From NCBI GenBank assembly GCA_012295275.1, contig CM022678.1:17546001-17610000 (forward strand): a stretch of DNA of 64,000 bases, written 5' to 3'. Shown piece by piece: positions 52,657 to 64,000 of this stretch. The DNA comes from Chrysomallon squamiferum. Taxonomy: Eukaryota; Animalia; Mollusca. The notes beneath the pieces were generated by a model that did not search any database, was not told the origin of the DNA, and saw only the letters and a program-made list of their open reading frames with translations. How positions within the stretch are numbered: the stretch's first letter is position 1; every line of letters begins with the position of its first letter. Position numbers and translations under genes: made by a program.

Positions 52657-52704
<48 letters not shown>

Positions 52705-53873
52705 TGTGTGTGTGTGTGTGTCAACATATTTATAAAAATCTATATTTAATTGTCTGTATGTATGTATTGTGTCTATGCACGTGTATATGTATGAAATTGA
52801 ATGTAAAATTTCTTAAAAGAAATTAAATCACACACACACACATACACAGACACATACAGATACACACTACAAATCTGAACCTATTAAATTATCAACGTTT
52901 GTATAACTACTGACATTTTTTATTACTTTTATCGCGAAATACAACTATGGATCAGTGAGCAATGGAAACGGTTCGCTGGTCACTAAAAAACTTAACAGTA
53001 TATCATGGATCAATAGTAACAAGGAATCTTGCAGATGCACCATCCCACAGACAGGGTAATACTTACAGTGGATTATTCAATAACACTTGGCGAGCACTGA
53101 CAGGAACAAGAAATAGGTCAATGGTTCTATTAAAAGAGACTGATCCGACAAGACTTTGCGGTGTTTCTGTAAACGCAAGTCACGTGACTACAGGTCCTGC
53201 CTGGACTGCTTTCGTTTCTGACGTACCAACTGACGTCACCAGTTTATCTGATCCAAAATAGGTCAAGGCCATTTCGCTTCTGTTTTGTAATTACTGCAAA
53301 CCGCACGCATTCCAAATTCCATATTTAAATCAGTCAAATACAGAGCCAGCTAAAATAAAAAGTATAAAAAGTTTTTTACTGTAATTAAAAAAGGAGGGGG
53401 CAGTAGAAGAAGAAAAGAATTTGTAAGTTGTTTCACTTGTGAAACATGGCCAGGAGGATTCTGTATCAAATCATTCAGTGGGTTTAACCTCGTCATCTGA
53501 GATCTGCGTAATTTTCAAAAACCACCACCTAGAGTATGATTATTACAAATTACTAAAACTATGTCATAGCTTCCTGTTGCATCATAGAGCATTGCGTGTA
53601 CATTAATTCACCAAAAGTGTTAAAATTGACATTTTGTGCTCATATATGTCCAGTTTAGGTTATGTTACTGAATAACCCCAAAATACTACATCTCTGAATT
53701 TTTTGTATGTTTTACGTTGGGAGTTTAATTCTGACCTGAGATCGTTACAGCTAACATTTGAGATTCAGGCTAATGAATCCAAGACCACACTAAATATGGA
53801 ATTTCACAAAATCTACGGTGATGAGGATAAAATTATTATCATAATTTTTTTTTTTTCATTATTATGATTATTA

Positions 53874-53933
<60 letters not shown>

Positions 53934-54569
53934 TTTTTGAGGATGTTGGAGTGAGTTGACATGCAGTGACCCAACAGTAAAATGGTGGATTTATGCAAAA
54001 TGCATTGAAAGAATGAAGAACTTGACATTTTTTATTGGTGTCTGTATCTCTTAGCACATTCATGTCACATGCTGAATGCTACTTTATTTGATTAAAAACA
54101 GCTAAGTGTCACAACATGGCAGATCATAATTTTATTAATGCATGCTATGTATATATTAAAAACAAAAACAAAAAAAAAAAAACAAAAAAAAAAAACAAAT
54201 CTAATCAAAATAAGATAATTTTTTAAATTTACATTCTAATGAAATAGTTTATTCCTTTTATGCCAAAAATTAGTTTCTTTTTCATTACAGTATTTCACTA
54301 AACACTTCTTTTTCCAACACTTAAATAATTTAACTTGTTTTTCAGTATCAGTATACAAATATTACTTCCAACTGCATGCGTATAGTTTTGTAAAGGTTGT
54401 AAAAATAAATTTAAAAGAGAGCAGATGAATATGATAACAAAAAGGCAGAAGACAAAATGCAGCACAAACACGGAATCACAATTTGCCTTGGGTTCGTTTC
54501 ACAGATATTTCTGTTCATACATACACGGACAGAACAGACAGTCATCTGGTATCGGTGAAGTTACTATTA

Positions 54570-55150
54570 CCGTATATACTTGTGTACAAGGCGACCTTAT
54601 GTATAAGTCGATGTGTATTTTAAGACCAAAAATTGGTCATTTTAGGTAAGATAAAAGATTCCAGGCACCGTCACTAAGACCAGTGAATCACGAAGACCTT
54701 ACGCCTACTGTAATATAACTTGCACGAGCTGTAACTTGCAGAATAACGTTTGTATTACTGTTTTGTTTATGAAGTTAGGACCGATACAATGCAATTTGGC
54801 AGACAAGTCTGCATTCCTAGATCATTGCAAGACGCCGTGAGGCATAACGCCGTACTGACGGTTTTTTCGCTTTAAAATGTATTTTTATGTCATTAAACGG
54901 AAGAATATCATGTTTACATTCATATTTGGTTTTGTTATTTAATTTTTGAAAACAAATTTATACGATAAAATTATATTTTTGAAAAGCTGAAAGACCGCGA
55001 TTATTTTAGATGCATCCCGTAGCAAAAAATAGTCAAAATGGCGACTCTTCAGCAACAGCTACAAAAGCATTACCTATGTATAAGTCGACCCCCAAAATAT
55101 TACCTTAATATAGTCTCCCAAAAATTCAACTTATACACAAGTATATACAG
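54570..55150. mobile_element. Non-autonomous pogo/Tigger-like MITE
   Basis: TA target duplication on both sides; TIRs ccgtatatacttgtgtacaag / cttatacacaagtatatacag; subterminal tatgtataagtcga at about 54598 and 55075; no ORF. Confidence 0.85.
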
Positions 55151-56449
55151 TAATGATATTCCATTTTTCTTTTCATCAACATTTTGTCTGGGTTATTAAT
55201 TTTGAGGGTTGGGTTTGTGTGTGGCTGTATTTGCCATTTATTCACATCATTCTCAAAATAATTTCACAATAAAATCACATGGAAAAACAGAATTTCTGTT
55301 GTCAGTTTGATCCAGTTTTTTCTGTTATTATCTTTCAAAGTTATTTATTATTTCTATTACTGTTTGTTTTTATATTCATAATCATGGTTTAATACACTCA
55401 TATATTATTATTAATTTTACCAACTCAGTCCCAATGAGAATGGTGTAGGGTTAAGGAACATCATCATCATCACTGACAATCAGTTCTTGAAGGAAACACA
55501 TTCTTTAAGGTTGAAGATGTTTTAAGGTTAAAGTTGAAGATGCATAAATCAGCATTAATCTTTCAAGCATCAACAGTAGTTTGTTTGCAAGACAAAAATT
55601 TCTACAAGATTTTTCTCTGAAAAACTAAAATATCTAAAAAAATAAACAACTACAACAAAACAAACACAAAAAATAATAATAATAATACAAATAAACGAAA
55701 ATCATAATCTTGTTACAATTTTTCTAGTTATTTATTAACTTATTATCTAGACTTCTTTAATGAAAAACATCCAACAGCCGATTGTTTTTTAAAAATATTT
55801 TCATTAGAATTTTTTTAGTTTATTTTTAATGAATTCTTCAAAATATATATGAATGTTATTTTTCAAATATTGTCCCAGAGAAACATCAGTGTCATTTTTC
55901 TGCATAGATATCTTCAAAACCCCAAAAAGAAATAATTTCTTTCAAAATCTAAAATTTCAGGTTGTTTTCTGGAATGTTCTTGTGTTACTGTCCTCATCGT
56001 CTTTTATCTGTGAAACAGCATCATTGTTTGTGAAAATTATCAAAATCTGCCAAACATTTAGCGAAACTTGTGTCCAGTAAAATGTAAAAATTTCGCAAGA
56101 CTTCCTTCTAGATAAAATCTTTGTCAAAGCAGTACCCATTTTACTTCTTCTTTTTTTCTTAAATATATCTTGTCAAACATCAAGTTGATGTTGTCTTGTT
56201 CTTATTTTAACCACTTTCCAGAAAACTTCTGTACGTCTGTCTCATCTCCATGGAAACCACATCATTATTTCACACACTCCACAAAAAATGTATTTTTTCA
56301 AATATCTTCAAAGTATGCTTTTGATGAAATGCGAGTATTTTTAATACTGTAAAAACAATTCTTTCATTCAAAATAGAAGATCAAACTTTGTATGACATTC
56401 TGATACAACCTTGGAACATTATTTTTAAGTAAGTTTTCAAAACATGATG

Positions 56450-57950
56450 GACATGAAGTTATTCCAGATCAGTTTTTCAGTGAATCGTCAATGTCTCTTA
56501 TTACGAAAGTCTTGAAACTTTAAATCTAACTTTTTAAGAAACAGCCTCTTCATTTTTACTTGTGGAACTTTATCTCTTGTTTGTCTTAAAAACACCTGGT
56601 TCATATTCCAGTCAAAATATAAAACATCAATAACAGAGATATTCACAGTGCGAGTGAACTCGCGTTCAGAATCGTCTCACATTAATTTAAAACATCACTT
56701 CACATGACTCCTGCATTTTGTTACACAGTTCTTCATAAACACGAGAATCCCATTCCAGATCAGTCTCTTGGTAAACCGTTAGTAACATTCATACTTCAAT
56801 AAAAATGATTTCTACACGAGACTTTTTAACCTTTGTGAATATTTCTCTATTTAAAATATCATTTCACGTCTTCTGGAGTTTTTCTTGTACACTTCCTAAA
56901 GAACAAGATTCCACATTCAGGACCTGTGTCTTAGCAAAACAGTAGTACCATTCAGCAAGTGAGTAATGAAGATTTGCATGCAAGTGAATACCTTCGTGAG
57001 CAGCTATGTTTAAAATGTCATTTTTCATGTCTCTTATTTTATACAAAGAAAAATGCTTCATGTGTATTATTACCTCTATTCCAGGCCCATCTCTTAGTAA
57101 AACATTAGTAATGTTAACAGAGCAAGAAATGAAAATGTTTATACCAGAATATTACCTTGGAGATAATTTCTCTGTTATAAAAATCACATTTGTGCTGCTG
57201 TATTTTATACACTTCATAATAGAAGGACAAGATTTCCAAACTGGTATCATAGTAAAACATTAATAACATTCAGATTATACCAAACAAACATTTTCTCATG
57301 AGAATTTTACCTTCGAGATCATTTTGCTGTTTAAACAGTATTTTCACATCTTTGGTGCTATATTTTATACAGTTCTTTGCAGTATAAGAATCTGATTTAA
57401 GACTCGTCTCTTAGTAAAACATTAATAACATTCATACTTAAATAATTAAAACTTTTACCTTCAAGACCATCTTCAAAATGTCATTTTACATCTTTCATGC
57501 TTTATTTTATAAAATTCATCATAACTTAAGGACCAGATTACAGATCCATTTCTTAGAAAAATACTAATTAAAAAATGTAATTAATGAACATTTTTGTACA
57601 GGAATTTTACCTTCAACACCATTTTTGAAATATTTTTTCTAGTAAACTCTGTTATAAAGTTTTCAAAGCAGGTAGACCACATACCTGATCAATCTCAAAC
57701 TGAAATATTACTACTTTTTTTTTTTTATTACATAGATTTTATAGTGTTGTAGTTACTTGAGAATTAACTGCAACACTACGTGTCTTTAAGGCGTCATTTC
57801 GCACTGCCAGATTATTTTACAAGTTATCGAAATATGAGAAGCAAATTCCACATCACAATCTCTAAGATAAGTATCCAGAATAATAATACCACGAAGTAAT
57901 AAATATTTTGAAAAATCCTGTGTATCCCATTCGAAAAGCTGGCTCCAAAG
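56450..57950. repeat. Ancient degenerate tandem repeat, period about 145-165 bp
   Basis: The block ttccaga.c..tctcttagtaaaacattaataacattc recurs at about 56463, 56754, 56915, 57079, 57233, 57395 and 57538, usually followed by attttaccttc...tttcacatc...ttttatac. Confidence 0.7.
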
Positions 57951-58779
57951 ATTGTTATTTTTTTATATTTTGTTGAGAAACATATTTCACAAAACTTAAT
58001 TAAAGCAACTCAGCCTCTTGTTCTAACACCAGCATCATTTATCATTTATCATTTAACTGTAAATTTACTTCACAAAGACTTACAAAACATTGAAATCATG
58101 TTTTAGAAAATGTCGTCTGTGAAATTTCAGCAGCTGTAGATGTGAAAATTTCTCTGTTTCATTTTATGAGATATTCTTCATCTGCTCTTGGAATTTAAAC
58201 CAAACATCTTCAGAACAAGGAAACTGCACTCCATCTTGATGTTGAGTTATGTCGCAAAGGTCTTCAAAACACGAAGACTGTATTTCACAGATCAGAATCC
58301 AGACTTTGTTTAGCAAAATATCACCACCATTTTGGGTTTTGTTGTTGTTTAAACAGAATTCTCAAATTTGGAATATGATAAAAAAAAAATAAAAAAAAAA
58401 GACAAAAAAGAACAAAAAAAACAAATAGTAACTTGAAAACGTTTCGTGACTCTGTTCAAACTGTTTGATTCTTTTACTCACAAAATTCTTAAATTAGGAT
58501 CATCATGAAGAAAATAAATTAAAAATATCAACACTTTTCACACACTGTTATTTCACGTCTGTATTTGAATTGGTTTTTTTCATTTTTGTTTGTTTGTTTT
58601 TTTGTTTTTTTGGTGTGTTTTTTTGTTTTATACTCACAAAATTCATAAATAAGGATGATCGTGAAAAATGTGTATTTATATCAATACGTTTCATGAACTG
58701 TGTTTTCTTTTTCTCTCTCTCGCAGAAAGTCTTCTCGTATTAGAATGACGGATGAAAAAAAAAATAAAAACAATGAACG

Positions 58780-60044
58780 TCAGTGGCGAGGAACTTTGGA
58801 AGGGGGGGGCATGAGAGACTGGTCACCTGTCGACTGTTTGTGGTTTGAATTTGGTCGTTTGTTCGCTGGAGTCCAGCGCTCGTTTTCAATCGTGTTGAAT
58901 AAAATGTCTTTTGTCACAGGGTTACTGATACTTCCACAAACACCTGGAGAGAGAGAGAGAGAAAGAGAGAGAAAGAGAGAGAGATAAAATTAATTTTTTT
59001 TTAAAATAATGATGTTAATCTATCTGTTTGTCTATCATAAATTTCTTTTTAATTCCTCTACAGAATTTTTTTTTTTTTTTTTTTTTAAATTAATAATTAT
59101 GGTCTTTCAAAATTCCTGAAATTTATAATGTCTATTGTTTATAAAGCATTACTAATAATATTAAAGTTTTTTCTCAATTTTAAGATTATTATTATTAAAT
59201 CTTAATTTTATCCTATTTTGAGCATAATACAACACACACACACACACACAAACACACACTCTCACTCTCACTCTCATATATATAAATATATATTTTCAGA
59301 CCAATGAATATATTTACCCATGGCAGTATCGTAACTGTTAGGAAAAGATTTGTCAGTTCTTTGTCTCATGAACTTCCATTCTTTGCCGTCAAAGCTGCAC
59401 TCAATGATCTTGTTATCCAGCTGCTTCAGTTCTTTGTTTGCCTTGAGAAAAATCATTTATTTTTATATGCAGTACTAAAAGACACAGGCACTCACACACA
59501 CACACACACACAGATGTCCAAACACACGTACACACCATGGATGTAACAAGACTCTTTTTTCAAACGAGGCAATAACACTTAATAGCTGAACGGAGAAAAA
59601 GATTTGGGGGACAAAAAGATTTGGGTGGGGGATCTGGGGGAGCTAAATAACAATATACACTGCATCAGGGCACAAACTGGGCTAAGACTGAAACATGTGA
59701 AAATGAAGCTATATGCTTTGAAGTCAGTTATGTCATTAATCGCAACGATGTCGGTAGACTCTGAAAGGTAACCATAGACATAAACTAATTCATTCAGTGG
59801 ATGTCATTTCTACTGGAATAGAGATTTATATTTTATAATTTATATTTTTAAAATAAAAATCTTTCTGTATATATATATATAATAAAAAAAATTATTTAAA
59901 AATAAAAAAAAATAAAAGTTCATCACTTTCAGTATGAGGTGTTTGCTTCATTTGCCTCATTGTAGTTACTGCCATGCACACACGTACAGAAACAATTACA
60001 CTCTGATAGATGCACGTACAAAAACTTACATTCAAACATACAAA

Positions 60045-60097
<53 letters not shown>

Positions 60098-60455
60098 TGC
60101 ACTCATGCCAACAAACATGAACCAATCAAACAATCACTTTAAATATATAACAAAAGTATTTTCCTTTTTGTATAATTTAACAAGAAATATAAAATGCCCA
60201 CTAGGAAGCATAAAAATAAAAATTTTTAAATCTGTAGGCTGAAATAAATATTCAGGTATTTTTAACAAACATGAAACTTCTGATTTACCTTCATCTGTGC
60301 AAATGGAACATCCATTTGACCTACATACAGATACCCTTTCGTTTCAGGTAACATTCTGAAAATAATAAATAAAACAGATAAATAATGATGATTGTAGTAA
60401 TAGTAGAAGTAGTAATAATGACTGATGATAATTAATAATAGTAGCAGTAATAATA

Positions 60456-60495
<40 letters not shown>

Positions 60496-60548
60496 GGTAA
60501 CAATGATAATGAGACAAAACAATAAGCTTGAAGAAAACTGATGATAAA

Positions 60549-60580
<32 letters not shown>

Positions 60581-61184
60581 TGATAATGATTGATAATAAT
60601 GATGACAATGGTAATAATAATAATAATAATAAATTGATAAATATAATAATAATGATAAATAAATAAATTATATAAATAAATTAATTAATTAATCAATTAA
60701 ATAAATTAAATAATTAAGTAATTAAATAAATAAATAAATACACACAAGCATTTTACCTTCAAAACAAAATAATTTTTAAAAATATTTTATCATTAAAAAT
60801 GAAAGAACTGTTTTCTAATTCATTTACCATTAGTATTATTCTTCTGTGAGCAGAGATTAACGTTCATTTTAAAATACATCACTGTGCAGTATTTCACATT
60901 TTTCACAACTGCAGAGATTTTTTTTTAGAATCTTTTTTGTTACTGTGTTTTACCCTTTTTACTTTTTATTTATTTATTCTTCTTAAATACTGCAGTGTTT
61001 ACCTGGTCAAGTTATAAGACAAAATAGTAGTTTACCCTGGTTTCTGCTCTTTCACAATCTTCAGTCTAAAGTCGACAGAATTCATGTTTACTGGTTTCCA
61101 CTTTAACATGTATTTACAACGACCTGGCATATATGGCTACAAAATATATATATATATATATATATATACAGTAATTAATATATG

Positions 61185-61230
<46 letters not shown>

Positions 61231-61538
61231 TACAAACCAAAAATAAAAATAAATATGAACAATAAATATGAAAAAAATGAAAATAAAAAATATAAACAAA
61301 AGAAAATAAAAATAAAAATAGTCAATAAAAATCATCAAAGATGGATTTGTTTATCATGATAATAAGAGCGAGAAAACCTAGAGTAAGTGTATCAGTATAT
61401 TTATTTTCATTCAGCAAAAAGCATATTTTATATGCACCTCGACATAAACAGCAACAAACAAACAGTGGCTTTTATTAAACAAAGCAGAAAAAAAACATCT
61501 CATTGTCTTTAATATACCAGGTATATAGGTAAGTCTTG

Positions 61539-61619
<81 letters not shown>

Positions 61620-62490
61620 TAAACTGAACTGTTCATAAAACAAAACAGCAAATAAGCAAGCACTGACAGAAAGTGTGATTAAAACTGAGAAATGAAAGTA
61701 AAGTGAACTTACATCAGGAACTGGTTGGAAGATCAGACCATCCACTTCATGGCTGACTTCTTTAGCAAAATTTCCATCCAGTAGCTGAAACAAATAAAAA
61801 AAAAGTAAATCTTCATCTCATTCACAATTTTTCATCTTGCTGAGATATGTTTCTGTTTCCATGACAATTTAACTTTCTGGATACATAAATTATAGTAAAC
61901 CCACTTAAAAACAACTCATTTTAGACAAACCCACTTAAAAAAAACTCATTTCAGACAAACACACTTAAAAAAAACTCATTTCAGACAAACACACTTAAAA
62001 AAAACTCATTTCAGACAAACACACTTTAAAAAAAATCACTTTAAAAAAACAAAAAAAAAAAAAAATTACTTTTCACAAACTATTTTTTTTTAAAAATCAT
62101 ATAGACAAACCCACTTTTAAAACAATCACTTTGTTAGACAACCCACTTTTTAAAAAAACTGACTTCAGACCAACCCAACTTGAAGAAAACTGACTTCAGA
62201 CAAACCCAACTTGAAGAAAACTGACTTCAGACCAACTCAGCTTGAAGAAAACTGACTTGTGACAAACCCAGCTTGAAGAGCTCTGACTTGAGACAAAACA
62301 CCTCACCTTTCTCTGACTTGAGACAAAACTCCAAAATGGTCCCAAAAAAAAAAAAAAACGCCAAGACGCTGAACGGCTCCTTTGTCCTGTCGAGAAGTCC
62401 GTGCTGCATCTTCGAGTATCTCGGTCCAATCACCTCCTTCTCTATACACAGCAACCTGCGTTCAAAGTCTGTCTTACCCACCTCCTGTCC
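58780..62490 (-). CDS. RNGTT: mRNA-capping enzyme (RNA guanylyltransferase and 5'-phosphatase), 3' portion
   Basis: Exons 62490 to about 62307 ([22 protein letters not shown], 3' end garbled), 61784-61713 ([21 protein letters not shown]), 61136-61036 (YMPGRC..LKWKP..NSVDFRL), 60355-60289 (GYLYVG..PFAQMK), 59441-59318 ([30 protein letters not shown]) and 58943-58780 ([22 protein letters not shown]). These carry GTase motifs IV (DGLIF), V (KWKP) and VI (RTDK). The 5' exons are outside the window. Confidence 0.97.
61895..62300. repeat. About 30-bp intronic minisatellite in RNGTT
   Basis: ttcagacaaacccacttaaaaaaaactca grading into ttcagacaaacccaacttgaagaaaactga, about 12 copies. Confidence 0.85.
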
Positions 62491-62672
62491 CTGGAAACAC
62501 AAACCATTTCACATATACATATACATATATATATATACAGACAGATAGATAGATATAGATATATATAAAAAGAAGCACGTAGAGACTGATACCTACAGAA
62601 AGCCAAGTGTACTGACATATATACAAACATGTAACATTAGAATTCAAAGATGTACAGACATACATCCACAAT

Positions 62673-62709
<37 letters not shown>

Positions 62710-64000
62710 TTCACAGAAAATGCACACAACACATACAAAAAAACACAATACATACAAAAAATACACTTTTCACAATACAATAATAACCAATATGTTATCT
62801 CCATACAAAAAAAAAAAAAAAAAAAAAAAATTACACCAAAAATATTTATTACATGTGTGTCCCATCACAGTGAACATGGTATTAAGTCACGTTTTGGCTG
62901 ATTGGAAATATGAAAATTTTCACATTCCATCAAGCTTCATTTTGATACCCCAGTCTATCATCATTAGTTCTAGGCATTTGGCCATGTTTGTCCAGACAAA
63001 CTGGACATTTTCTTGTACCCAGCAAATGTCAGTTTTCATAGAAGTTCTCTGAAGCACAGCTTAGTATCAATATCCATCAATTTCCATCAATTTCTTCAAT
63101 GATAAGATACGGTTTAACAAAATATCAAAATCAAATATTTGTGTTACTTCCCTATTGTAGGCTAAACCTCAGTACTTGGATGTGTGACTTATGACTTGGT
63201 TTGGTGTGATGGGTCACATATGTGTATTACATTCAGAACAAGCAGAGAAATTCCTCTGTTGTTAACATCAAAGAACATACAGGACCAACATCAAAGAACA
63301 TACAGGACCAACCTCAAATTTAATTATATCATACACAAGATATCGAGGAACATTTTTATCTTCAACCTTGTCCATAATCATTTCCTAAAAGAGAAAATTA
63401 AAGCTACAGTTAAGTATATCTGAAATTATTGTATAGCAGAAAGCTGTTGTTTGTATTATCAGCCATTATTTTTCTATTTCTTAGTAACCGATTCAAAGGT
63501 AAACAATAACATTAATGCAAAATGAAAAAAAAAAATAATACAAAGTAGATTAAAGGCTACAGTATTTTTGAAATCTGTAGAAATCTGTCATTTTTGTAAA
63601 TAAAATTTTGTAAACCAAATTACAGTGTAATGAAAAATAATTAAAATATTAAATAATTTATTTGTAATTAAAAATTTTTTAAAAATCAATTATAATATTT
63701 TATAAATATAAATTTTACAATTAAAACTAAAATATATAAAATTAAGATTAAAAAAAAAGTGGCATTAATAATAAAATTAATATCAAAAATAATAAAAAAA
63801 ATAATTAATTATTAAAATAATAATAATCAAAAATATTATTAATAATCTAAAAATTAAAATAATCCAAAAAAAAATTTTTTTTAAAAACCTGGAAATTAAA
63901 ATAATCAAAAATAAATATATATTTTTAAAAACCTGAAAATTAAAATAATCCAAAATATTCTTGATGATTTGAAAATTAAAATAATCAAAAATAATAAATA

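Noticed and set aside
52962-53261. 99-aa plus-strand ORF METVRWSL...
   Set aside because: No recognisable motif or supporting exon structure, and the length is compatible with chance.
63600-64000. Extremely A/T-rich terminal stretch with short repeats
   Set aside because: Low-complexity intronic or low-quality sequence with no interpretable structure.

Overview
AT-rich, microsatellite-dense genomic DNA of an invertebrate animal with spliceosomal introns; a mollusc or other lophotrochozoan is plausible but cannot be proven from the sequence. Most ORF-track entries are microsatellite or shadow artefacts, so the genes were rebuilt by hand from GT-AG exons. (1) 304-14091 (+): 5'-truncated ADAMTS-like reprolysin (M12B) metalloprotease with RVRR furin site, HEIAHSIGAVHD zinc motif, Met-turn and ADAM Cys-rich module. 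No TSP1 exon is visible, and it ends in two paralogous, apparently mutually exclusive terminal exons, each a PLAC-like six-Cys module plus a different mucin-like Ser/Thr tail. (2) A decayed intron-containing Ginger/KRBA2-like integrase transposon (15.2-17.1 kb). (3) A 6.5-kb 60-bp satellite that may be the last exon of a spliced minus-strand non-coding RNA. (4) Two tandem paralogous genes for an unrecognised Lys/Tyr/Pro-rich protein family (30-38 kb, minus). (5) A type I membrane protein with three CUB-like domains and PPxY motifs (40.5-51.7 kb, minus), with frameshifts and a dead Tc1 element in intron 1. (6) A pogo/Tigger-like MITE. (7) The 3' half of the mRNA capping enzyme gene RNGTT (58.8-62.5 kb, minus). 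A dispersed 14-bp motif, GTGGCAGTCCTCCT, forms clusters, including just upstream of both alternative protease exons. Some regions show likely consensus errors.
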